Source: Chrysomallon squamiferum (Eukaryota; Animalia; Mollusca). Taken from it: 64,000 nucleotides of DNA. Within the stretch, counting starts at the first letter, position 1. The number at the start of each line of letters is the position of its first letter. Shown here in pieces: positions 42,609 through 53,436 of this stretch. The stretch covers positions 31,062,001 through 31,126,000 of the forward strand of contig CM022670.1 of NCBI GenBank assembly GCA_012295275.1, read 5' to 3'. Made by a program: the position numbers and the translations under genes. The notes under the pieces were generated by a model. The model saw nothing but the letters and a program-made list of their open reading frames with translations. It was not told the DNA's origin and did no database searches.

Positions 42609-43519
42609 TAATATATCCAGTTCTTTTAAATATACAAGTAACCTTGTAAATATAAACAATATTTCATTATCTAAATTATCCCATCTCAGAAACAAAAGCA
42701 TTAACCGGAACAACGACTCGGAACGTCAAAGAGAAAATAACGGATTAGTGAAAATCTATTATTTAAATATACATTTAACTGAATTCGTGCATCTCAAGAT
42801 TATTAAATTTTTATTGAATTATAAATATCGTAATATGTTGTAATTTTAATGTCGGCACAAATAAAAAGTTCCAAAAATTCCATAAAAATAAAAATATATA
42901 TATATATATGATTAAAAGTTGAAATTCTTTATGCAGTTTTTCCCCTCCTTGCTCGCGTTAAAGAAAACCTTCTCGATTAAATTTAAAACTCCAATCTATT
43001 CTATACACTATGAATGAACACGTGAAGACTAACAAAAGTAGCTTAAATGTGTAATTCTTGTAATGGATCAGTCAATAGCATCCCTCATACTAAGCTAGGC
43101 CGTTTCGTACCAGCCGAGAGCAAAATAGAAAGTGATCAAGATTCATGGAATTTGTACAAACATTCAAGAACATTATGTCAATGCATGATCACTGAAGAGG
43201 ACATGGCCGTTAAAAACAAGCCGTTAATCCTAAAAATATGGTCCATCGTGCGAACAGAACGGGGTTCCTCTCCTTATCTCTGGTAATTAAAATCTGAGCC
43301 ACAAATTAGCAAGATATTATCGGATGTTTATAACGTTTCATGTGATAAATCCATACGGTAACAGACCATGGTTTGGGTTTCAGAAGTTTTAATAAATTCG
43401 ATGCCCAGCGATTCTAAAAATGTTAGTTCTTAAACAAATAGTTTTAAATAATCCAGCTATAAATATGACTTTTGTACCATAAAACGCAACAATGGTTTCA
43501 AGATCACCATTTTATTAAA

Positions 43520-46500
43520 TTATTTAAAGCGATTACATTCCGGGATCTCTTTTCCATATTGAATAAAGTATTTTTTGTACACGTTGCATTTTCTTTCGAG
43601 AAATAGTTTCAGATTTTGCCACATTGCAGTCCGAGGATCGAGTCCAGTCACAGGAACTGTGAAATTCATCTTCAAGATCGCCTTCATATTCCGAAATAAT
43701 CTGCAAAAGTTTTATTAATAGGATGTCTGGGGAGAAAAATTCTTACATATTCGTGTTTCATTTTTACAACCTTTCAAATTTTGTGAATTAAAAATTAAAA
43801 ATGTACAAAAGTGCAATCGTTATGAAAGTTAATTCACTTGATATTACAGTCTTGCAAAATATTTTCAATGTCGTTCAACAGATTTCAAAGATTAAAAAAA
43901 TTGTCTATTGCTTTCCTAAATACGATCCGTTTCTTCCAATACAAACTTACTCGTTTATGGCTTCGAAATCTTTCATTTCTCCTTTTCACGACGATGTTCA
44001 CAAAATCATGGTGAGGCACATTCACTAAAATTTAAAAATTGAACTATAACACATTTTCCAGTGATAATTTCAATATTAAGGAAAGGAATATAGTGTATCA
44101 CAGAATGCCGAATACATATACTTTAATCTGAAGTGGCTCTTATCACTTGCCTTCTTCATCGATTTTTCTGTCTTCCCAATTTAATCTTTTCACGACGTGC
44201 TTGAAAGCGGCCAACTGACCTTCATCTGCAAGGTAGACATTTTAAAATTAACAATTACGTATGCATCACGATGCCGACAGTAAATCAAATGGATTTTACG
44301 TTTCTTTTAAAAATTCTTACTCAAAAGCCTTTCTTTTTTTTATCCAAAGCGCCCGTGCGTTCGTCTCTCAATCCGGATAAGATGCGCTTTGCCGTTTGAT
44401 AACCTCGTTTTAATATTCTTTTGGCCGAATTTTCAACTTGTACTTTTACTTCATAATCAAAATGCGACAACGGCAAAATTTTCAGCAAATCGTTGAAATC
44501 TTCGTATCTGGAATGTAAAATTTAGTCAACTAAATTAAAATTTTCATTTTGAAACTTTAGCATTTTAGTCTTTTGAATTCGGGCATATGCAGTATCAGAA
44601 GACAACCTGACCTCCGCCAAACATAACATTTTCCACCTCAGATTTATATATTACATATAAAACCTATTTCACACTGGTGCTACTATTCATTCTTATAATG
44701 ATGCAAGCATTTTTGCATTTATACGTTGAAGTTGTTTCATGATTTTTTTTTTTTTTGTTTTTTTTTTTTTATGGAAATCTACAAAATAAGATACCACTAT
44801 GCAAAAAGTATACTTGCATAGTATGACCAAGTTTCTTACCGCTCTTCAAAATCTCGTTTGACATCGCTGAAGATTCCCATCAACTTATCTGCATGTAGAC
44901 ACTTCAGATCCAAACCAGCGGCTTCACCTTCCTTCCTAATATAGAACCTGATCTTCTCTTTCAGCTTCCCTTCGTCGATTAGTTTTACAATCGTAGGATA
45001 AATCTTTTTGATGTATCTGTCCGATTCTGCCATTTAAAATGCAAAATTCTAAATTTCAAAATCTAAATTGGTACATTGATTTCATCAAGTTATAAAACCC
45101 ACAGCCACAGATTTGAGGGTACAGTTAAAATGCTAGATACAGAAATTCACTATATGGATTTCCAATTTATTCATCTAGAAATTGAATTTCTAATTTAAAT
45201 TTCATATAAATTGAACAGTTCTGTCTTATTACTCAAGTATTGTTTATCCAATTACTTAAAACATTTCAGTATTTGCATTTTTCAGAAGTATTACAATTTT
45301 AGAACATTTGAATTAACGCAGATTGCTCGGAAACAATTACTTTCCGATAGTCGGAACAAAACGTCGTCCATTAAATCGTTTGTCAAGTTGCCGAACATCT
45401 TCCTAGCGTAGAAAACGACGTCTTCACGAGATACATCGTGCTTCTTCAAAACATTCACGATGGCCATAAAAGAATCGTTTTCTAATCGTAGAACAACTGG
45501 GAAAGATCTTCCAACGGCATCTACAAAATTTATATTTAAATTACAAGTTATATTTAAATTACATATACGGTCGAATGCACCCAACTAATAATTTTTATCA
45601 ACATTTTCTGACAACTGGCAAAAACAATTTCACATTTTCAACCGATTTTGTCTGGCTGGGAGTAAATTTACAAACGAGCTTTATTGTAATAGTTTAAATG
45701 AAAACCAAAAGCTGAATCGGCTTTATAAGCTGAAATTGTTTCTGGAAACGGATTAAAAACATTTCAGTTTTCGTAAACTTGTTTGATAAAATTTTCGTAT
45801 CCTAACGTTTCGTTTTTACTTACACATGATAATTCGGTTGAAGAGCGTGGAAGGACAGTTTGCCGTGGTATTGAGAGTTTTCTCAACCAAGCTGACCATC
45901 ATTTGTTTGGCTGCCATCCTCGCATCACTAGTCAATTCAAAAATGGACAAAGCCTCGTTTATAATGGGGTTAATCGAATCCTCCAGGTTTTCCACTTCAT
46001 CTGCAGAAAGTGCACATTTGTCCAGTTTAATACAAACAAGTTTGAAGTAACGTTTCGTTCACTAAATAGTATTCATGTACATTATCGTATATCATTAAAT
46101 TTACCAATTTTAAAATAACTTAATTTTATAGCTCTACGATTTTCTTCACCAGCTTAAAATAACATACCAGACATTTTGCTTATATCTGGAAATCCAATGT
46201 AATGTTTCAATACTGTAGGTTTCAAATCGAAGCATTTAAGTTCATTTTCATCATCGTCGTCGTCGTCGTCGTCGTCTTCCTTATCTTGGTAATCTGGATG
46301 AACTTTGTCATCCGGAGGAATCGTTTTATCATTTTGCCCAGGAATTTCATTCAGTTCACGAAAAATATCTTCCAACGCTACTTCGTCGAAAGGTCCGCGA
46401 ATTGAATAACCTGTGTTTTGTTGTTTTTAAAAAGAAAAAAAAAAAAAAAAAAAAAAATTGAAATTCCAACTTACAGACAAAAATATAGAAAACACATTCA

Positions 46501-46860
46501 AAAGGATTACAACGTATTGTTAAGTTTTTGCCAGCTACAGTGTATTTAAAAATTGAATTCATTAAAGTGTAACGAATGCCGTTCTTCTGAAGAAGGATCA
46601 TACAATATTTTAAAGTATTTGCACTTTTGTTATGCATTTCCTAAATCCGTTCTGTTTGGCCTTTTAAGAAAAGTCTTTACTTCGTGTAATATAGGAATGA
46701 TTTCAAAATATGAACGAAATTCAAAACGAAAAAAAAAAGAAAAAGAGAAACAAAAAAGAAGTTTAAAGAATAAAATAAATTTACAGTAAAGAGATTTATT
46801 TCTAAACTTACCAAAAACAAAAGGACTTCCTAACAAACAAAGCAATAAACACACCAACAT
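43520..46860 (-). CDS. Mirror copy of the same secreted-protein gene (left arm); as written it has homopolymer frameshifts in exons 6 and 8
   Basis: Reverse complement of 47680-51017. A8 instead of A6 at ~44334-44341 gives a premature TGA, and A4 instead of A3 at ~43983-43986 shifts the frame. These may be real lesions or consensus errors. Confidence 0.7.
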
Positions 46861-46896
46861 TTTGACAAGAGACTGGCAAACAGGTTTGAATTGGTC

Positions 46897-46999
46897 TTTT
46901 ATAGAAGCAAAATATATCAGCACATAAATTTATATTTGCACGTGATAATACAACTAAACACGATGACTCAATGCAGAAAAATCCAATCAGATCACGTGA
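46897..46999 (-). promoter_or_regulatory. Mirror promoter of the left-arm gene copy
   Basis: Reverse complement of 47541-47643. Confidence 0.62.
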
Positions 47000-47540
47000 T
47001 TCACGTTCATTTTAAAAGGAATAATAAAAGAAAAAAAAAAAAAAAAAAGACACCAACAATAAAAGATAAAATACTGTAGTACTGGTTTTAGTTTAGTTTT
47101 TGTGTTATGTAATTCGGCGAGAAATCGTGAAAAAAGTTGGATACAATTTTTCAAAAATTAATGAACAACTTAATTTATGAAACACTTTTTATTTTATTTG
47201 TTCCTGTATTTCTACTGAACAAATAAAAAAAAAAAAAATTAAAAAGTGTTTTTTCTTTTTCTAAAAGGAATAATAAAAGAAAAAGAAAAAACACTTTTTA
47301 ATTTTTTTTTTTTTTATTTGTTCAGTAGAAATACAGGAACAAATAAAATAAAAAGTGTTTCATAAATTAAGTTGTTCATTAATTTTTGAAAAATTGTATC
47401 CAACTTTTTTCACGATTTCTCGCCGAATTACATAACACAAAAACTAAACTAAAACCAGTACTACAGTATTTTATCTTTTATTGTTGGTGTCTTTTTTTTT
47501 TTTTTTTTTCTTTTATTATTCCTTTTAAAATGAACGTGAA

Positions 47541-47643
47541 TCACGTGATCTGATTGGATTTTTCTGCATTGAGTCATCGTGTTTAGTTGTATTATCACGT
47601 GCAAATATAAATTTATGTGCTGATATATTTTGCTTCTATAAAA
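47541..47643 (+). promoter_or_regulatory. Compact promoter of the right-arm gene: TCACGTGA E-box, reverse CCAAT, AP-1, second CACGTG, TATA
   Basis: TCACGTGA 47541-47548, ATTGG 47553-47557, TGAGTCA 47570-47576, CACGTG 47596-47601, TATAAAA 47637-47643, ATG at 47680. Confidence 0.65.
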
Positions 47644-47679
47644 GACCAATTCAAACCTGTTTGCCAGTCTCTTGTCAAA

Positions 47680-50600
47680 ATGTTGGTGTGTTTATTGCTT
47701 TGTTTGTTAGGAAGTCCTTTTGTTTTTGGTAAGTTTAGAAATAAATCTCTTTACTGTAAATTTATTTTATTCTTTAAACTTCTTTTTTGTTTCTCTTTTT
47801 CTTTTTTTTTTCGTTTTGAATTTCGTTCATATTTTGAAATCATTCCTATATTACACGAAGTAAAGACTTTTCTTAAAAGGCCAAACAGAACGGATTTAGG
47901 AAATGCATAACAAAAGTGCAAATACTTTAAAATATTGTATGATCCTTCTTCAGAAGAACGGCATTCGTTACACTTTAATGAATTCAATTTTTAAATACAC
48001 TGTAGCTGGCAAAAACTTAACAATACGTTGTAATCCTTTTGAATGTGTTTTCTATATTTTTGTCTGTAAGTTGGAATTTTTTTTTTTTTTTTTTTTTTTT
48101 TTTGTTCTTTTTAAAAACAACAAAACACAGGTTATTCAATTCGCGGACCTTTCGACGAAGTAGCGTTGGAAGATATTTTTCGTGAACTGAATGAAATTCC
48201 TGGGCAAAATGATAAAACGATTCCTCCGGATGACAAAGTTCATCCAGATTACCAAGATAAGGAAGACGACGACGACGACGACGACGATGATGAAAATGAA
48301 CTTAAATGCTTCGATTTGAAACCTACAGTATTGAAACATTACATTGGATTTCCAGATATAAGCAAAATGTCTGGTATGTTATTTTAAGCTGGTGAAGAAA
48401 ATCGTAGAGCTATAAAATTAAGTTATTTTAAAATTGGTAAATTTAATGATATACGATAATGTACATGAATACTATTTAGTGAACGAAACGTTACTTCAAA
48501 CTTGTTTGTATTAAACTGGACAAATGTGCACTTTCTGCAGATGAAGTGGAAAACCTGGAGGATTCGATTAACCCCATTATAAACGAGGCTTTGTCCATTT
48601 TTGAATTGACTAGTGATGCGAGGATGGCAGCCAAACAAATGATGGTCAGCTTGGTTGAGAAAACTCTCAATACCACGGCAAACTGTCCTTCCACGCTCTT
48701 CAACCGAATTATCATGTGTAAGTAAAAACGAAACGTTAGGATACGAAAATTTTATCAAACAAGTTTACGAAAACTGAAATGTTTTTAATCCGTTTCCAGA
48801 AACAATTTCAGCTTATAAAGCCGATTCAGCTTTTGGTTTTCATTTAAACTATTACAATAAAGCTCGTTTGTAAATTTACTCCCAGCCAGACAAAATCGGT
48901 TGAAAATGTGAAATTGTTTTTGCCAGTTGTCAGAAAATGTTGATAAAAATTATTAGTTGGGTGCATTCGACCGTATATGTAATTTAAATATAACTTGTAA
49001 TTTAAATATAAATTTTGTAGATGCCGTTGGAAGATCTTTCCCAGTTGTTCTACGATTAGAAAACGATTCTTTTATGGCCATCGTGAATGTTTTGAAGAAG
49101 CACGATGTATCTCGTGAAGACGTCGTTTTCTACGCTAGGAAGATGTTCGGCAACTTGACAAACGATTTAATGGACGACGTTTTGTTCCGACTATCGGAAA
49201 GTAATTGTTTCCGAGCAATCTGCGTTAATTCAAATGTTCTAAAATTGTAATACTTCTGAAAAATGCAAATACTGAAATGTTTTAAGTAATTGGATAAACA
49301 ATACTTGAGTAATAAGACAGAACTGTTCAATTTATATGAAATTTAAATTAGAAATTCAATTTCTAGATGAATAAATTGGAAATCCATATAGTGAATTTCT
49401 GTATCTAGCATTTTAACTGTACCCTCAAATCTGTGGCTGTGGGTTTTATAACTTGATGAAATCAATGTACCAATTTAGATTTTGAAATTTAGAATTTTGC
49501 ATTTTAAATGGCAGAATCGGACAGATACATCAAAAAGATTTATCCTACGATTGTAAAACTAATCGACGAAGGGAAGCTGAAAGAGAAGATCAGGTTCTAT
49601 ATTAGGAAGGAAGGTGAAGCCGCTGGTTTGGATCTGAAGTGTCTACATGCAGATAAGTTGATGGGAATCTTCAGCGATGTCAAACGAGATTTTGAAGAGC
49701 GGTAAGAAACTTGGTCATACTATGCAAGTATACTTTTTTGCATAGTGGTATCTTATTTTGTAGATTTCCATAAAAAAAAAAATCCAAAAAAAAAAAATCA
49801 TGAAACAACTTCAACGTATAAATGCAAAAATGCTTGCATCATTATAAGAATGAATAGTAGCACCAGTGTGAAATAGGTTTTATATGTAATATATAAATCT
49901 GAGGTGGAAAATGTTATGTTTGGCGGAGGTCAGGTTGTCTTCTGATACTGCATATGCCCGAATTCAAAAGACTAAAATGCTAAAGTTTCAAAATGAAAAT
50001 TTTAATTTAGTTGACTAAATTTTACATTCCAGATACGAAGATTTCAACGATTTGCTGAAAATTTTGCCGTTGTCGCATTTTGATTATGAAGTAAAAGTAC
50101 AAGTTGAAAATTCGGCCAAAAGAATATTAAAACGAGGTTATCAAACGGCAAAGCGCATCTTATCCGGATTGAGAGACGAACGCACGGGCGCTTTGGATAA
50201 AAAAGAAAGGCTTTTGAGTAAGAATTTTTAAAAGAAACGTAAAATCCATTTGATTTACTGTCGGCATCGTGATGCATACGTAATTGTTAATTTTAAAATG
50301 TCTACCTTGCAGATGAAGGTCAGTTGGCCGCTTTCAAGCACGTCGTGAAAAGATTAAATTGGGAAGACAGAAAAATCGATGAAGAAGGCAAGTGATAAGA
50401 GCCACTTCAGATTAAAGTATATGTATTCGGCATTCTGTGATACACTATATTCCTTTCCTTAATATTGAAATTATCACTGGAAAATGTGTTATAGTTCAAT
50501 TTTTAAATTTTAGTGAATGTGCCTCACCATGATTTTGTGAACATCGTCGTGAAAGGAGAAATGAAAGATTTCGAAGCCATAAACGAGTAAGTTTGTATTG

Positions 50601-51017
50601 GAAGAAACGGATCGTATTTAGGAAAGCAATAGACAATTTTTTTAATCTTTGAAATCTGTTGAACGACATTGAAAATATTTTGCAAGACTGTAATATCAAG
50701 TGAATTAACTTTCATAACGATTGCACTTTTGTACATTTTTAATTTTTAATTCACAAAATTTGAAAGGTTGTAAAAATGAAACACGAATATGTAAGAATTT
50801 TTCTCCCCAGACATCCTATTAATAAAACTTTTGCAGATTATTTCGGAATATGAAGGCGATCTTGAAGATGAATTTCACAGTTCCTGTGACTGGACTCGAT
50901 CCTCGGACTGCAATGTGGCAAAATCTGAAACTATTTCTCGAAAGAAAATGCAACGTGTACAAAAAATACTTTATTCAATATGGAAAAGAGATCCCGGAAT
51001 GTAATCGCTTTAAATAA
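47680..51017 (+). CDS. Unassigned secreted protein, 9 exons, ~449 aa (right-arm copy, intact)
   Basis: Exons 47680-47728, 48131-48373, 48541-48717, 49021-49200, 49515-49701, 50033-50217, 50313-50387, 50514-50586, 50837-51017 total 1350 nt in one open frame with all eight intron phases compatible (seven GT-AG, one GC-AG). Signal peptide MLVCLLLCLLGSPFVFG, acidic D9 tract, upstream TATA box, AATAAA 4 nt after the stop. Confidence 0.82.
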
Positions 51018-51020
51018 TTT

Positions 51021-51026
51021 AATAAA
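51021..51026 (+). terminator. Candidate polyadenylation signal AATAAA of the right-arm gene
   Basis: Immediately follows the stop TAA (51015-51017). The AT-rich context lowers specificity. Confidence 0.45.
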
Positions 51027-51254
51027 ATGGTGATCTTGAAACCATTGTTGCGTTTTATGGTACAAAAGTCATATTTATAGCTGGATTATTTAAAACTATT
51101 TGTTTAAGAACTAACATTTTTAGAATCGCTGGGCATCGAATTTATTAAAACTTCTGAAACCCAAACCATGGTCTGTTACCGTATGGATTTATCACATGAA
51201 ACGTTATAAACATCCGATAATATCTTGCTAATTTGTGGCTCAGATTTTAATTAC

Positions 51255-51619
51255 CAGAGATAAGGAGAGGAACCCCGTTCTGTTCGCACGATGGACCATA
51301 TTTTTAGGATTAACGGCTTGTTTTTAACGGCCATGTCCTCTTCAGTGATCATGCATTGACATAATGTTCTTGAATGTTTGTACATATCCCCTGAAAATGA
51401 CTTTCCACTAACACCCAGCGGCTCATCAACGGGTATAAAGCCCGCAAACCTTTCTTTAAATGGCTATATCGTTACAACGAACTCGGTCAAAGGTTGATAA
51501 CTGATGAAATGTTTTTCAAAAATTGCTTCGGGGTAGATAGACGTTAATCAATTTATCCTGCATGTACGTCATTAAATTAAGATCGTGATTCATGGATACT
51601 TACGTTCTGATCTTTTCAT
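51255..51619 (-). CDS. Possible small two-exon gene (~50 aa) converging on the right-arm gene
   Basis: TATAAA at 51689-51694; exon 51604-51619 (ATG AAA AGA TCA GAA C|GTAAGT); acceptor ttttcag then exon 51255-51390 in matching phase: MKRSERDMYKHSRTLCQCMITEEDMAVKNKPLILKIWSIVRTERGSSPYL. No recognisable homology. Confidence 0.3.
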
Positions 51620-52651
51620 TTTTTATTTTTATTTTTTTATTTTCTTTTTATTTGTACACTTGCATAAAAGTAGGTGAATAATTCCCGCTTTATAATTTTT
51701 GAACTTGTATTACCTGTCGCTTGTAAATGTAAATTTGTTTTAAACATTTCATTTAGCAGACTTTAATGGAATTATACCTCTCCGTTATGATGTATGCTGT
51801 ATGTCTTAAACCCTGGAGACAAATATTGCATCTGCAGGTGTTCTCAACAAACAAAAAATAATAAATAAAATCCAATGAGAATATAAAATAATAAAATAAT
51901 ACAAAACAAAACAAAATTATATTTAAACTGAAAACGATAACGGATAAAAAAAAATGATAATAATAATTAAAAAAAATACTTTTTAAAATCTGCATCGACA
52001 AATTCATGAGAATCGAATTAGGCTCTAATTCGACTTATTTCCGAAACCAGTGGTTTTGGAAGGGCATGAACACCTTGTTATTTTGTCATTTACCTAATGG
52101 TTTTATGTTTAAGGCATTAAGAGACCGTAACCAAGCTCATGCCCTATATGTTTGATAATGATCAAGATAACTTTTTTTACTCCTTTATATCCCACTATAT
52201 CTATTTCTTATTTGTTTTAAACGTGTGTGTATATATAAGGAAGAAAAAAAAGAATGTTTTTTGTTGCTAATTGTAGGTATAGCAGCGTGTCTGATGTTTC
52301 AGTATACTGCACTATTCAGAATATATCCTGTTTTAATTTAATCAATTTAACAAAACACTGCCAATAATATCTTAAATTGTAATCAACCAGCGATCAGGAT
52401 GTTTCGACAGAGGGAAATTCAAAGTAGATAATATATCTGATCGCAACATTCCATACATATATAATACGATGTTGTTAGATATACACGGTAAGAAACCAAT
52501 GAATATATAATAGATATTATAGATTTATTATTGCTTTTGTTAAATTAAAGGCATTCAGTTTAATTCTGTTTACTTTGTTTATAGTATAATTCTTATTATA
52601 TAACAAGTATGTGTATTTTGTTAGTTCAAGTGTATCTATAAGTGTGTATGT

Positions 52652-52711
<60 letters not shown>

Positions 52712-52807
52712 GTATGCTATATGAATAACAATTTTATACAATTTTATACTTTTTTAAACCAGGCAACAGAATATAATTCACAAACAAATATTATAATAAT
52801 AATAATA

Positions 52808-52845
<38 letters not shown>

Positions 52846-53387
52846 AATGATGATTAACAATAATAAGTCTTTCGAAATAACGTCAAACGTCAAATATTTG
52901 CATTTTTTGTTCTGAAATATTAATACCGGAATCCAAACAATCATTCCGAGTCGCTGTGCAGAATACATAATACTTTATTTGTTATTATTTTATAGAGTAA
53001 ACTACTGGACTCGAAGCTGTGAACGTAAGCCATAAAAATTATCAATGAATCTATACTGTTCAAAATGTGGTTTAACTACCAGCTCACCTCATTGTTCACC
53101 TTCACATTATCTGGACATTTACAGACCTGTGCAGTTTTAGTGTGGACAGAAAGAAACTGGAATGTTGTCCATTGTGGGACATATCAAGAGTTTAATCATT
53201 TGAAGTCATTTATTTGTATTTAGACTGTAAAGTCTGAGTTTAATAGAAGTTTTAAATTACTTCTCTAATGCACAGCTGGTTATTTACTGCTTTTATTTTA
53301 TGTAAATATGCATTTGTATTGTCGTTGCTGCAGATATTATTATTGAATGAGAAAACGAAAAAATAGACGCATCGGTACCTATATGTA

Positions 53388-53436
<49 letters not shown>

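Larger units (their letters stand above)
43153..51384. repeat. Giant near-perfect palindrome: arms 43153-47262 and 47278-51384, 15-nt spacer 47263-47277
   Basis: The ORF track is mirrored around ~47270 (e.g. 44836..45033- vs 49508..49705+; 46630..46923- vs 47617..47910+). In the segments compared by eye, differences fall only in or beside homopolymer runs. Both outer ends stop at TGTACA. Confidence 0.98.

Noticed and set aside
44836-49705. Short mirrored ORFs (65-111 aa) as independent small genes
   Set aside because: They are exon fragments, intron read-through or antisense frames of the 9-exon gene and its mirror copy.
43153-51384. Palindrome as a foldback/TIR transposon or endogenous virus (parvovirus, Maverick)
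   Set aside because: No target-site duplication (left flank ...GGAATT, right flank TATCCC...), and no transposase, Rep/NS1, integrase or polymerase motifs. The content is a spliced cellular-type gene.
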